A stretch of 64,000 bases of DNA, taken from Escherichia coli. GTDB taxonomy: Bacteria; Pseudomonadota; Gammaproteobacteria; Enterobacterales; Enterobacteriaceae. Position 1 is the stretch's first letter, and the number at the start of each line of letters is the position of its first letter. This document shows, piece by piece, positions 49,012 through 59,475 of this stretch. A program made the translations under genes and the position numbers. Where the stretch lies: the NCBI RefSeq assembly GCF_003334315.1, contig NZ_QOWR01000007.1. One strand, given 5' to 3'. Below the pieces are notes generated by a model. That model saw only the letters and a list, made by a program, of their open reading frames with translations. It made no database searches and had not been told where the DNA came from.

Positions 49012-51150
49012 TTAACCTATCTGCCCATTCCCCAAATGTTTAACGCGGCGCTTAACTTCTTCCTGCTTACCGGCGTTAAATGGACGTGCATCCGGGCTAC
49101 CTAAATATCCGCACACGCGGCGAGTCACCGACACACGGGAGGCGTCATGGTTACCACATTTCGGGCAAGTGAAACCTTTGCTGGTGCACTCGAACTCACC
49201 GGTAAAGCCACACTCGTAGCACTCATCAATCGGTGTATTGGTGCCGTAATACGGTACATGCTGATAGCTGTAATCCCAGACATCTTCCAGCGCCTTCAGG
49301 TTGTGCTGAATGTTTGGATACTCGCCGTAGCAAATGAAACCACCGTTCGCCAGCGGCGGGTAAGGCGCTTCAAAGTCGATCTTGTCGTACGGGTTCACCT
49401 TCTTCTCCACATCGAGGTGGAAACTGTTGGTGTAGTAACCTTTATCGGTCACGCCCGGCACCACGCCAAACTCAGCAGTATCGAGACGGCAGAAGCGGTC
49501 GCACAGGTTTTCACTCGGCGTGCTGTAGAGACTGAAACCATAACCCGTTTCTTCTTTCCACTTATCCACTGCCTGACGCAGACGTTCAACAATGGCGATA
49601 CCTTTCGCGCGAAGCTGCTCGTTGTCGTAAACATGCTCGCCGCCGAACAGCGCGTTAATGGTTTCGTGGATGCCGATGTAACCCAGCGAAATAGACGCAC
49701 GACCGTTTTTGAAGATTTCAGAAACATCATCGTCAGCATTCAGACGTACGCCACAAGCACCTTCCATATAGAGGATCGGGGCCACGCGCGCTTTCACGCC
49801 TTCGAGACGAGCGATACGGGTCATCAGCGCCTTACGTGCCAGCACCAGACGTTCATCCAGCAGCTTCCAGAAGGTGGCTTCATCGCCTTTTGCTTCCAGA
49901 GCAATACGCGGCAGGTTCAGGCTGATCACGCCGAGGTTGTTACGACCATCGTGGATCTGCTCGCCGTTTTCATTTTCCCACACGCCGAGGAAGCTGCGGC
50001 AGCCCATCGGGGTTTTAAACGAACCGGTGACTTTCACTACCTGATCGTAGTTCAGGATATCCGGATACATGCGCTTGCTTGCGCACTCCAGCGCCAGCTG
50101 TTTGATGTCGTAGTTCGGATCGCCTTTTTTATGGTTCAGACCATCGCGAATCGCAAACACCAGTTTCGGGAACACCGCAGTTTTACGGTTTTTACCGAGG
50201 CCTGCGATACGGTTACGCAGGATCGATTCCTGAATCAGGCGCGATTCCCAGCTGGTGCCCAGACCAAAACCAAAGGTTACAAACGGCGTCTGACCGTTGG
50301 CGGTGTGCAGGGTGTTTACTTCGTACTCCAGCGACTGGAAGGCATCGTAGCACTCTTTGATGGTACGAGAGTTAGCGTAGCCTTCGGCGTCCGGGATGTT
50401 CCACTCTTCTGCGGTCTTGCGATGTTTGTTGTAGCTGGCGGTAACAAACGGCGCCAGCACTTCATCGATACGGTTAATGGTGGTGCCGCCATAAATATGG
50501 CTGGCGACCTGAGCAATAATCTGCGCAGTTACCGCGGTTGCCGTAGAGATCGACTTCGGCGGTTCAATCTCGGCGTTCCCCATTTTAAAGCCCTGGGTCA
50601 GCATGCCTTTCAGGTCGATCAACATGCAGTTGAACATCGGGAAGAACGGCGAGTAATCGAGATCGTGATAGTGAATATCGCCACGCTCATGTGCCTGCAC
50701 CACGTCACGCGGCAGCAGGTGCTGGCGTGCATAGTGTTTAGCCACGATCCCGGCCAGCAGGTCGCGCTGGGTTGGAATCACCTTGCTGTCTTTGTTGGCG
50801 TTTTCGTTGAGTAACGAGGCGTTGGTCTGCTCGACCAGACCACGGATCTCCTGGTTCAGGCGACCGCGTTTTTCACGTTCAATGTCGCGATCGTGACGGT
50901 ACTCGATGTAAGCACGAGCCAGTTGTTTGTATGGACCCGACATCAGCTGGTTTTCAACTGCGGTCTGGATCTCGTTGATATCCACCTGGTTGCGGCCCTG
51001 CATCTGCTCGCTGACAACCGCGGCAACAGTGGCGCAATAATCGGCATCATCGACTTCCGCTGCTTTAGCTGCACGCAGAATCGCTTCTTTGATGCGCTCT
51101 GATTTAAACGGCACTTTGCAGCCGTCTCGTTTCATCACATGCGGTGTCAT
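49012..51150 (-). CDS. nrdD: Anaerobic ribonucleoside-triphosphate reductase (class III, glycyl radical)
   Basis: 712-aa ORF MTPHVMKRDGCKVPFKSERIKEAILRAAK (ATP-cone); C-terminal glycyl-radical region and Zn cysteines. Confidence 0.97.
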   Translation of the reverse strand: MTPHVMKRDGCKVPFKSERIKEAILRAAKAAEVDDADYCATVAAVVSEQMQGRNQVDINEIQTAVENQLMSGPYKQLARAYIEYRHDRDIEREKRGRLNQEIRGLVEQTNASLLNENANKDSKVIPTQRDLLAGIVAKHYARQHLLPRDVVQAHERGDIHYHDLDYSPFFPMFNCMLIDLKGMLTQGFKMGNAEIEPPKSISTATAVTAQIIAQVASHIYGGTTINRIDEVLAPFVTASYNKHRKTAEEWNIPDAEGYANSRTIKECYDAFQSLEYEVNTLHTANGQTPFVTFGFGLGTSWESRLIQESILRNRIAGLGKNRKTAVFPKLVFAIRDGLNHKKGDPNYDIKQLALECASKRMYPDILNYDQVVKVTGSFKTPMGCRSFLGVWENENGEQIHDGRNNLGVISLNLPRIALEAKGDEATFWKLLDERLVLARKALMTRIARLEGVKARVAPILYMEGACGVRLNADDDVSEIFKNGRASISLGYIGIHETINALFGGEHVYDNEQLRAKGIAIVERLRQAVDKWKEETGYGFSLYSTPSENLCDRFCRLDTAEFGVVPGVTDKGYYTNSFHLDVEKKVNPYDKIDFEAPYPPLANGGFICYGEYPNIQHNLKALEDVWDYSYQHVPYYGTNTPIDECYECGFTGEFECTSKGFTCPKCGNHDASRVSVTRRVCGYLGSPDARPFNAGKQEEVKRRVKHLGNGQIG

Positions 51151-51543
51151 GATCGCTCCATATTTTTAAGAACAGGTTATCCACAGAAATTGGGAAAGGC
51201 GTTTTCCGGTTTTTTCGTTTCGTTTTCCGGTGCTTTCCGCAATCGCCATCCGCTTATCCACAACGCCGCACCTTTTTCGTGGGGAGCTGTAGTAGCAATT
51301 ATAGTCGATTAATACAACATATTGGGTTGGGACGCATTTTAAAGTCTATATATAGTGCTTTGCATCAAGGATGTTTGAACTTTTTTTGATGTAGCTCAAA
51401 GTAAAAAGCAGAGCGTACGGATGACGGGCGCTACAGCGTTATGTAAATTTTTTAATGAATTTGCTGGTTGAAAAATCAACAAAAACAACATGCTGACAGA
51501 CAAAACCCCGGAATGACAGGCATTCCCGGGGCTTAGCGGATAC

Positions 51544-53199
51544 TTACTTCTGTAACCACCAGACAGCCTCAAAAGGCCGTAAAGTCATGGCACAGGGTTG
51601 TGGTGAGGCTTCTTCGTAGTTATGCATCACAAGCTGCCAGTTGCCGCGCATTTGCCCTGGCTGCCAGGGTTGGATCTCACGGCTAAGGTTGGCAATGACC
51701 AGCAAGGTTTGCCCCTTCCATTCACGGCGATAGCACCACAATACAGGGCTGTTTGGCAGCAGATCCTGGTAATTGCCCCATGTCAGGATGGCTTCTTGCT
51801 TACGCAGTGCGATTAACTTTTGGTAGGTGTAAAACACCGAGGAGTCATCGGCCAGCGCGGCTTCTACGTTGATTTGTTGATAGTTATCGCCCAGGCCAAT
51901 CCACGGTTCGCCAGCCGTAAACCCGGCATTATCGCCGTTGCTCCATTGCATGGGCGTGCGGCTGTTGTCACGGGATTTACTGGCGAGGATTGCCAATAAC
52001 TCGTCGGCATCACGACCATCGTTGCGCAGCTCGGCAAACATATTGAGGCTCTCCACGTCGCGATAGTCAGTAATGCGCGTGAAATGCGGGTTGGTCATGC
52101 CAATCTCTTCGCCCTGGTAGATATACGGCGTTCCCTGCATGCCATGCAGCACCATCGCCAGCATTTTTGCCGCAGGCACGCGGTATTCACCTTCATCACC
52201 AAAGCGAGAAACAATGCGCGGCTGATCGTGGTTACACCAGAACAAGGCATTCCATGCCACGTTGTGCATTCCTTGTTGCCAGTGGCGGAACAATGTTTTC
52301 AACGCCACAAAGTCAGGTTTAGCCAGCGTCCATTTTTCACCACCGGGATAATCGACCTTCAGGTGATGAAAATTAAAGGTCATCGACAATTCACTGCCTG
52401 TCAGTGCCGCGTATCGCTGGCAATGCTCAAGGCTGGTGGAGGACATTTCACCTACGGTCATTAACCCGCGTGGCGTAAACACATCGCGGTTCATCTCGTG
52501 CAAAAACTCGTGTGCTCGTGGCCCGTCGGTGTAGAAGCGACGCCCGTCGCCATCCAGGTCTTCAGGGAAACGCGGGTCTTTGGAGATCAGATTCACCACA
52601 TCCAGGCGCAACCCGTCGACCCCACGATCGGCCCAGAATTCACAGACTTTTTTCAGCTCTGCGCGTACCGCTGGATTCTCCCAGTTGAGATCCGCCTGTT
52701 CTGGTGCAAAGAGATGCAAATAGTACTGTTCGCTTTCCGCATGCCAGCGCCACGCACTACCGCCAAATTTTGAACGCCAGTTGTTCGGTGGCGTTTCTGG
52801 TTCGCCATCGCGCCAGATATAAAACTGGCGGTAAGGGCTTTCTTTGTTCAGCGCCTCGCGAAACCAGGCATGTTGGGTAGAGGTATGGTTAAACACCATA
52901 TCGAGAATGATACGAATCCCGCGCGATTTTGCCTGCGTCACCAGTTCGTCAAAATCGTCCAGCGTGCCGTAGATGGGATCAATCGCCGTATAGTTCGCTA
53001 CGTCGTAACCGTTATCGACCTGGGGAGAGATATAAAAGGGGGTTAGCCAGATGGCATCAACGCCCAGTTTATGCAGATAGTCCAGGCGTTGGATAACGCC
53101 ACGTAAATCGCCGGTGCCGCTACCCGTGGTGTCCTGAAAACTCTTTGGATAAATCTGGTAGATAACGCCGTTTTGCCACCAGTGGGGAAGATTAGTCAT
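51544..53199 (-). CDS. treC: Trehalose-6-phosphate hydrolase
   Basis: Track ORF 51544-53346 trimmed to MTNLPHWWQNGVIYQIYPKSF start (551 aa); GH13 alpha-amylase family. Confidence 0.95.
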   Translation of the reverse strand: MTNLPHWWQNGVIYQIYPKSFQDTTGSGTGDLRGVIQRLDYLHKLGVDAIWLTPFYISPQVDNGYDVANYTAIDPIYGTLDDFDELVTQAKSRGIRIILDMVFNHTSTQHAWFREALNKESPYRQFYIWRDGEPETPPNNWRSKFGGSAWRWHAESEQYYLHLFAPEQADLNWENPAVRAELKKVCEFWADRGVDGLRLDVVNLISKDPRFPEDLDGDGRRFYTDGPRAHEFLHEMNRDVFTPRGLMTVGEMSSTSLEHCQRYAALTGSELSMTFNFHHLKVDYPGGEKWTLAKPDFVALKTLFRHWQQGMHNVAWNALFWCNHDQPRIVSRFGDEGEYRVPAAKMLAMVLHGMQGTPYIYQGEEIGMTNPHFTRITDYRDVESLNMFAELRNDGRDADELLAILASKSRDNSRTPMQWSNGDNAGFTAGEPWIGLGDNYQQINVEAALADDSSVFYTYQKLIALRKQEAILTWGNYQDLLPNSPVLWCYRREWKGQTLLVIANLSREIQPWQPGQMRGNWQLVMHNYEEASPQPCAMTLRPFEAVWWLQK

Positions 53200-53248
53200 T
53201 ACGTTATTCCTGCAAATGCGAGGGGGCGCAATTGCGCCCCGAAGAAAA

Positions 53249-54670
53249 TTAAACAATATCCAGCGTGCCCAGGCGGTATTTCCGCTGATAGATAAACGAG
53301 GTGAGTACAATCGGGATGATGATGGCGATAACCATTGCCAGCGCAAATACCTGCCAGTAGCTCGGTTGAATCGAGAGAATTCCCGGCAGGCCGCCTACGC
53401 CGATACCATTCGCCATAACGCCGTTCAGGCCGCATAGTAATCCTGCCAGACCAGAACCAATCATCGCGCACAGCATCGGGAAGCGATATTTCAGGTTGAT
53501 GCCGTACATTGCAGGCTCAGTGACCCCAAGCCAGGCGGAGATAGCGGCAGGCACGGAGATCTCGCGTTCATTGTGCTTGCGGCTGGAAATGATAATGCCT
53601 ATCACGGCGGAGCCCTGAGCGATATTCGACAGCGCAATCAGCGGCCACACTGGCGTGCCACCCATGCTTTGAATCATCTGCAAATCAATAGCAAGGGTGG
53701 TCTGGTGTACGCCGGTGATCACCAGCGGCGCGTACAGGAAGCCAAACAATGCCGCACCAATCGGAGCAAAGCTGCCGGTCATCAGGTGACGTACCGCAAA
53801 GGCAACGCCATCGCCAATCATGCGACCAAACGGACCAATCAGCGCATGGGCGAGGAACACCGCGAGGATCAGCGAACAGACGGGCACCACCACCAGATAG
53901 AGGTAATCCGGTACGATGCGTTTAAGGCGAGTTTCAATAACGCCCAGTGCCAGCCCGGCTAACAGTGCCGGGATCACCTGTGCCTGATAGCCCACTTTGG
54001 CGATGCTGAACATGCCAAAGTCCCACACTTCCGGCAGCTGCTGCCCGAGCAGATAAGCGTTCATCAGCTGGGGAGAAACCAGTGTCACGCCAAGCACGAT
54101 ACCAAGGATCGGCGTGCCGCCCATTTTTTTCACCGCTGACCAGCAAATACCGACCGGCAGGTAGAAGAAGATCGCTTCACCGATCAACCACAGAAAATCG
54201 TAGATCGTTTGCAGGGAAGGGTACATTTGCGCCAGCGTCTGACCGTTGCTCATGGGCAAATCGCCGATCACATTGCGAAAACCGAGGATCAAACCGCCGC
54301 TAATCAACGCGGGCAGCAACGGGAAGAAGATCTCCGCGAAATGAGAGATCAACTGCTCATGCCATTTCATATTCTGCCGGGCGGCTTTTTTTACCTGCTC
54401 TTTATCAACCTGCGCCTGTCCGGTTGACGCTATTAGTGCTTGATAGTAATCACCCACGTTGGTGCCAATCACCACCTGAAATTGCCCGGCATTGGTGAAA
54501 CAGCCTTTCACCATGGGGAGTTGCTCAATTTCTTTCGGTCTGGCATTGGCCGGTTGGTTGAGGACAAAGCGCAGGCGAGTAATACAGTGGCTCACCGTCG
54601 CAATATTGCCGCGCCCGCCGACCAGTTCAATCAACCGATCGATATCCGTTTGGTTTATTTTGCTCATCAT
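53249..54670 (-). CDS. treB: PTS trehalose-specific EIIBC component
   Basis: 473-aa ORF MMSKINQTDIDRLIELVGGRGNIATVSHCITRLRF (EIIB cysteine) plus EIIC membrane domain. Confidence 0.95.
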   Translation of the reverse strand: MMSKINQTDIDRLIELVGGRGNIATVSHCITRLRFVLNQPANARPKEIEQLPMVKGCFTNAGQFQVVIGTNVGDYYQALIASTGQAQVDKEQVKKAARQNMKWHEQLISHFAEIFFPLLPALISGGLILGFRNVIGDLPMSNGQTLAQMYPSLQTIYDFLWLIGEAIFFYLPVGICWSAVKKMGGTPILGIVLGVTLVSPQLMNAYLLGQQLPEVWDFGMFSIAKVGYQAQVIPALLAGLALGVIETRLKRIVPDYLYLVVVPVCSLILAVFLAHALIGPFGRMIGDGVAFAVRHLMTGSFAPIGAALFGFLYAPLVITGVHQTTLAIDLQMIQSMGGTPVWPLIALSNIAQGSAVIGIIISSRKHNEREISVPAAISAWLGVTEPAMYGINLKYRFPMLCAMIGSGLAGLLCGLNGVMANGIGVGGLPGILSIQPSYWQVFALAMVIAIIIPIVLTSFIYQRKYRLGTLDIV

Positions 54671-54735
54671 AAAGCCCCATGGCAGATGACATTTTTGGTT
54701 GGCTGCAGAATATATTGCGCGGAAAAATTTAAAAA

Positions 54736-54749
54736 CGGGAACGTTCCCG
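54736..54749. promoter_or_regulatory. Perfect 14-bp palindrome in the treB promoter (candidate TreR operator)
   Basis: CGGGAACGTTCCCG read from sequence, between treR stop and treB start; LacI-family operators are palindromes of this type. Confidence 0.45.
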
Positions 54750-54788
54750 AAACGCAGCGAAGATCACAATTTATCGTTCAGGAAACGA

Positions 54789-55736
54789 TCAGGACAGGGT
54801 GGCGGGGATGATGATTTGTTGCGGTTCGCTGCGCCCGGTTACCTGTGCGATCAACTGGCAGGCCGCCTGGCGTCCAGCTTCGGCGTAACCAGGATCTACG
54901 GTGACGATCTCCGGATGAAGGAATTTCATTAATGGCGTATTACCGACGCTCGCCAGTTGCAAGGTGTCGATGCGTTGCTCTTGCAGGTATTTACTTGCGC
55001 CAAGTGCCAGCGTGTCGGTTGCGCACAGTAAGGCGGTAGTTTCAGGCGTAATCACTTTTGCTACGTTCTCATAGCCTTGCTTCATAGCAAGGCCTGGCAG
55101 AGCGGCAACGGGATGCAGTTTATGCGCTTTGCAGAACGCCAGGTAGGCTTCGTGACGTCGCTTCCCGGTCGTCACGTCACTATGCGGCACGCCGAGATAA
55201 CTGATATTACGATGCCCCTGGTCATACAGCCGTTGCATCAGGATCTTGATTGCCCCTTCGTCGTCATAACAGACCGAAGCAAAACCTTTTGCGTCACGCG
55301 CCAGCAGAACCAGCGATGACTGCCAGTGGGCTAACATTTCTTCTGTTATGCCAGTAAAACCGAACAGCACTACGCCGTCGATATTACGCCGTTTCAGCAC
55401 CCCCAAATGTTCGGCAACTAATTGTGGGGAAAACTGACTTTCCATCATGATTGGGTCGTAACCTTGTTCATAGAACGCTGGCAGCATGGTTTGAACGGCG
55501 AGATTTTCTGACAACGAATCCAGACGGGTAACAATGATGGCGACCACTTTATCGCTTTGCCCACGCATAGCGCGCGCAGAGCGGGAAGGGGAAAATCCAT
55601 GCTGATTCATCACTGCTTCAACACGCTCGCGGGTGCGCTGGCTCACGCCGCTTTCGTTATTCAGCACCCGGGAAACTGTAGATTTCCCCACGCCGCTTAA
55701 GCGTGCGATGTCTTTGATGGTCAGCCGATTTTGCAT
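54789..55736 (-). CDS. treR: LacI-family trehalose operon repressor
   Basis: 315-aa ORF MQNRLTIKDIARLSGVGKSTVSRVLNN (LacI HTH). Confidence 0.95.
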   Translation of the reverse strand: MQNRLTIKDIARLSGVGKSTVSRVLNNESGVSQRTRERVEAVMNQHGFSPSRSARAMRGQSDKVVAIIVTRLDSLSENLAVQTMLPAFYEQGYDPIMMESQFSPQLVAEHLGVLKRRNIDGVVLFGFTGITEEMLAHWQSSLVLLARDAKGFASVCYDDEGAIKILMQRLYDQGHRNISYLGVPHSDVTTGKRRHEAYLAFCKAHKLHPVAALPGLAMKQGYENVAKVITPETTALLCATDTLALGASKYLQEQRIDTLQLASVGNTPLMKFLHPEIVTVDPGYAEAGRQAACQLIAQVTGRSEPQQIIIPATLS

Positions 55737-55810
55737 CCTGTTGTCCTGTAACGTGTTGTTTAATTATTTGAGCCTAACTTTACCCGTGCATTCAGCAATG
55801 GGTAAAGTCT

Positions 55811-55827
55811 GGTTTATCGTTGGTTTA
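55811..55827 (+). promoter_or_regulatory. PhoP box of the mgtA promoter
   Basis: Direct repeat GGTTTA-tcgtt-GGTTTA (PhoP consensus (T/G)GTTTA-N5-(T/G)GTTTA) followed by a TATTAT -10-like hexamer about 12 bp downstream. Confidence 0.55.
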
Positions 55828-55851
55828 GTTGCCAGCAGGTATTATATCGCC

Positions 55852-56114
55852 ATAGATGCTACGAATATTATTGGATTCTCCTTATTATTTGCGGCGCTTT
55901 TTTCACTTACCGGAGGTTATATGGAACCTGATCCCACGCCTCTCCCTCGACGGAGATTAAAACTTTTCCGGTAAGCCCGTCTTTTCACGGCGTTACCGGA
56001 TGCGTAAGGCCGTGACGTTTTAACGTCCCTGCTCAGCTTTATTACCTTCAGGTAAGGCTTCGCCACGCCTGAAGACATTTCTGTACTGTTTCAGACAGTG
56101 CGGAGGGACTCCTT
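55852..56114 (+). promoter_or_regulatory. mgtA 5' leader (Mg2+ / proline-sensing attenuator RNA)
   Basis: About 260-nt untranslated region between the PhoP-dependent promoter and the mgtA start, containing the mgtL leader ORF; extent approximate. Confidence 0.55.
55921..55974 (+). CDS. mgtL: mgtA leader peptide (proline-rich)
   Basis: 17-codon [20 protein letters not shown] within the mgtA leader; matches recalled MgtL. Confidence 0.8.
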
Positions 56115-58811
56115 ATGTTTAAAGAAATTTTTACCCGGCTCATTCGCCATTTACCTTCCCGTCTGGTTCATCGCGATCCATTGCCTGGCGCGCAGCAGAC
56201 AGTGAATACGGCGGTCCCGCCGTCCTTAAGTGCGCATTGCCTGAAAATGACGGTGATGCCCGAAGAAGAATTATGGAAAACGTTCGACACCCATCCGGAA
56301 GGGTTAAATCAGGCGGAAGTGGAATCTGCCCGCGAACAACATGGTGAAAATAAATTACCCGCACAACAACCGTCGCCGTGGTGGGTACATTTATGGGTCT
56401 GCTATCGCAACCCCTTTAATATTTTACTCACCATTCTCGGCGCTATTTCTTACGCCACGGAAGATTTATTTGCCGCGGGCGTTATCGCGCTAATGGTCGC
56501 TATTTCAACGTTGCTGAACTTTATTCAGGAAGCACGTTCCACTAAAGCGGCAGATGCCCTGAAAGCGATGGTCAGCAATACCGCGACGGTGCTGCGCGTA
56601 ATTAACGACAAAGGCGAAAATGGCTGGCTGGAGATCCCGATCGACCAGCTGGTGCCCGGCGATATTATAAAACTGGCGGCGGGAGATATGATCCCGGCAG
56701 ATTTACGTATCTTGCAGGCGCGGGATCTGTTCGTCGCTCAGGCGTCGTTAACCGGTGAGTCTCTGCCCGTGGAAAAGGCCGCTACCACTCGCCAGCCGGA
56801 GCACAGCAATCCGCTGGAGTGCGACACCCTGTGTTTTATGGGCACCACCGTGGTGAGCGGCACGGCACAAGCAATGGTGATTGCTACAGGAGCCAACACC
56901 TGGTTTGGTCAACTGGCGGGGCGTGTTAGTGAGCAGGAAAGCGAGCCGAATGCCTTTCAGCAGGGGATCAGCCGCGTCAGTATGCTGCTGATTCGCTTTA
57001 TGCTGGTGATGGCTCCGGTGGTGTTGCTTATCAACGGTTACACCAAAGGCGACTGGTGGGAAGCGGCACTGTTTGCGCTTTCGGTCGCGGTAGGCTTAAC
57101 GCCGGAAATGTTGCCGATGATTGTTACCTCGACGCTGGCGCGCGGCGCAGTAAAGCTGTCGAAACAGAAAGTGATCGTCAAACATCTGGATGCTATTCAG
57201 AACTTTGGCGCAATGGATATTCTGTGCACTGATAAAACCGGCACCCTGACACAGGACAAAATTGTGCTGGAGAATCATACCGATATCTCCGGTAAAACCA
57301 GCGAACGCGTGCTGCATAGCGCGTGGTTGAACAGTCATTATCAGACCGGACTTAAAAACCTGCTCGATACAGCGGTGCTCGAAGGTACGGATGAAGAGTC
57401 AGCGCGCTCGCTGGCCAGCCGTTGGCAAAAAATTGATGAGATTCCGTTTGATTTCGAGCGTCGCCGGATGTCGGTGGTAGTGGCAGAAAATACCGAGCAC
57501 CATCAGCTGGTTTGCAAAGGTGCATTGCAGGAAATCCTCAATGTGTGTTCGCAGGTGCGTCACAATGGCGAGATTGTGCCGCTCGATGACATCATGCTGC
57601 GTAAGATTAAGCGGGTTACTGATACGCTGAATCGTCAGGGGCTGCGCGTGGTTGCGGTGGCGACGAAATACCTGCCAGCGCGTGAAGGAGATTACCAGCG
57701 GGCGGATGAATCCGACCTGATCCTCGAAGGATATATTGCTTTCCTTGATCCGCCAAAAGAGACAACTGCTCCGGCACTGAAGGCATTAAAAGCGAGTGGA
57801 ATTACCGTAAAAATCCTTACTGGCGACAGTGAGTTAGTTGCAGCGAAAGTGTGCCATGAAGTGGGGCTGGACGCGGGAGAGGTGGTCATTGGTAGTGATA
57901 TTGAAACGCTATCTGACGACGAACTGGCAAATCTCGCACAGCGCACCACGCTGTTTGCTCGTCTGACGCCGATGCATAAAGAACGCATTGTGACCTTACT
58001 GAAGCGCGAAGGGCATGTGGTTGGCTTTATGGGCGATGGTATTAATGATGCGCCCGCCTTACGCGCTGCGGATATCGGCATTTCTGTGGACGGCGCGGTA
58101 GATATTGCCCGTGAAGCGGCTGATATCATCCTGCTGGAAAAAAGCCTGATGGTGCTGGAAGAGGGGGTTATTGAAGGACGTCGCACTTTCGCCAACATGC
58201 TGAAATACATCAAAATGACGGCGAGCTCCAACTTCGGTAATGTGTTCAGCGTGCTGGTGGCGAGTGCTTTCTTGCCCTTCCTGCCGATGTTGCCGTTACA
58301 CTTGCTTATTCAGAACCTGCTGTATGATGTGTCACAGGTGGCGATCCCGTTTGATAACGTCGACGACGAGCAAATTCAAAAGCCGCAGCGTTGGAATCCG
58401 GCGGATCTGGGGCGCTTTATGATCTTCTTCGGACCGATCAGCTCGATCTTCGATATTCTGACGTTTTGCCTGATGTGGTGGGTATTCCATGCCAACACGC
58501 CGGAAACGCAAACGCTGTTCCAGTCGGGATGGTTTGTGGTGGGCTTACTGTCGCAAACGCTGATTGTGCATATGATCCGCACCCGCCGTGTGCCGTTTAT
58601 TCAGAGCTGTGCATCGTGGCCGTTAATGATCATGACCGTGATCGTGATGATTGTCGGGATCGCATTGCCGTTTTCACCGCTGGCCAGTTATCTGCAATTA
58701 CAGGCGCTGCCGTTAAGCTATTTCCCGTGGCTGGTTGCGATTCTGGCAGGGTATATGACATTAACCCAGTTGGTGAAAGGGTTCTATAGCCGTCGTTACG
58801 GCTGGCAATAA
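56115..58811 (+). CDS. mgtA: Mg2+-importing P-type ATPase
   Basis: 898-aa ORF MFKEIFTRLIRHLPSRLVHRDP...; DKTGTLT phosphorylation motif and GDGINDAPAL hinge motif. Confidence 0.97.
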   Translation: MFKEIFTRLIRHLPSRLVHRDPLPGAQQTVNTAVPPSLSAHCLKMTVMPEEELWKTFDTHPEGLNQAEVESAREQHGENKLPAQQPSPWWVHLWVCYRNPFNILLTILGAISYATEDLFAAGVIALMVAISTLLNFIQEARSTKAADALKAMVSNTATVLRVINDKGENGWLEIPIDQLVPGDIIKLAAGDMIPADLRILQARDLFVAQASLTGESLPVEKAATTRQPEHSNPLECDTLCFMGTTVVSGTAQAMVIATGANTWFGQLAGRVSEQESEPNAFQQGISRVSMLLIRFMLVMAPVVLLINGYTKGDWWEAALFALSVAVGLTPEMLPMIVTSTLARGAVKLSKQKVIVKHLDAIQNFGAMDILCTDKTGTLTQDKIVLENHTDISGKTSERVLHSAWLNSHYQTGLKNLLDTAVLEGTDEESARSLASRWQKIDEIPFDFERRRMSVVVAENTEHHQLVCKGALQEILNVCSQVRHNGEIVPLDDIMLRKIKRVTDTLNRQGLRVVAVATKYLPAREGDYQRADESDLILEGYIAFLDPPKETTAPALKALKASGITVKILTGDSELVAAKVCHEVGLDAGEVVIGSDIETLSDDELANLAQRTTLFARLTPMHKERIVTLLKREGHVVGFMGDGINDAPALRAADIGISVDGAVDIAREAADIILLEKSLMVLEEGVIEGRRTFANMLKYIKMTASSNFGNVFSVLVASAFLPFLPMLPLHLLIQNLLYDVSQVAIPFDNVDDEQIQKPQRWNPADLGRFMIFFGPISSIFDILTFCLMWWVFHANTPETQTLFQSGWFVVGLLSQTLIVHMIRTRRVPFIQSCASWPLMIMTVIVMIVGIALPFSPLASYLQLQALPLSYFPWLVAILAGYMTLTQLVKGFYSRRYGWQ

Positions 58812-58868
58812 AGAATAAACTGGGCACGATAGCCCCGATTCAGATTGCAGACAAAGTAAGCTTTGTTC

Positions 58869-58958
58869 ATGCCGGATGCGGCGTAAATGCCTTATCCGGC
58901 CAACAAATTCAATAAATTGCAGGAATCACGTAGGCCTGATAAGCGTAGCGCATCAGGC
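58869..58958. repeat. REP element(s)
   Basis: TGCCGGATGCGGCGTAAATGCCTTATCCGGCC and GTAGGCCTGATAAGCGTAGCGCATCAGGC between mgtA and ridA. Confidence 0.5.
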
Positions 58959-59016
58959 GATTTTGCGTTTGTCATCAGACTTAATCCGGGCATGATAGCC
59001 CGGATTTCCATCAAGA

Positions 59017-59403
59017 TTAGCGACGAACAGCGATCGCTTCGATCTCAATCTTCACGTCTTTCGGCAGACGGGCGACTTCAACGCAAGAACGTGCCGGGAA
59101 GGTGGCGTTGTGTTCGGTGAAGAAGGCTTCGTAGGTAGCATTAACGGTAGCGAAGTCGTTCAGATCTTTCACAAACACGGTGGTTTTAACGATATCGCCC
59201 ACTTTCAGGCCAGCGGCTTCGACAATCGCTTTTACGTTATCCAGCGACTGACGTGCCTGTGCAGCGACGTCTGCCGGTACTTCACCCGTTTTCGGATTTA
59301 CCGGGATCTGACCGGAGGTGATGATCATATTGCCCAGATCAACGCCCTGTACGTAAGGACCGATAGCTGCCGGTGCATTTTCCGTCGCGATAGTTTTGCT
59401 CAT
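59017..59403 (-). CDS. ridA: Enamine/imine deaminase (YjgF/RidA family)
   Basis: Track ORF 59017-59475 trimmed to MSKTIATENAPAAIGPYVQG start (128 aa). Confidence 0.95.
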   Translation of the reverse strand: MSKTIATENAPAAIGPYVQGVDLGNMIITSGQIPVNPKTGEVPADVAAQARQSLDNVKAIVEAAGLKVGDIVKTTVFVKDLNDFATVNATYEAFFTEHNATFPARSCVEVARLPKDVKIEIEAIAVRR

Positions 59404-59475
59404 GATTTCTCCTTTATTACAGCGGTAAAAAGTCTGGCTCATTATAGGGAGCCAGACTTTTATTACCAACCGCAA

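Noticed and set aside
49147-50814. 555-aa plus-strand ORF opposite nrdD
   Set aside because: Antisense to nrdD, whose glycyl-radical enzyme identity is unambiguous; long stop-free antisense frames are common in GC-rich coding sequence.
51380-51400. TTGATgtagCTCAA upstream of nrdD, considered as an FNR box
   Set aside because: Resembles the TTGAT-N4-ATCAA consensus with one mismatch, but I could not position it relative to a mapped transcription start, so it is not listed as a feature.
58981-59007. Hairpin ATCCGGG-catgatag-CCCGGAT near the ridA 3' end, considered as a terminator
   Set aside because: No U-run follows the stem on either strand, so it does not meet the rho-independent terminator pattern.
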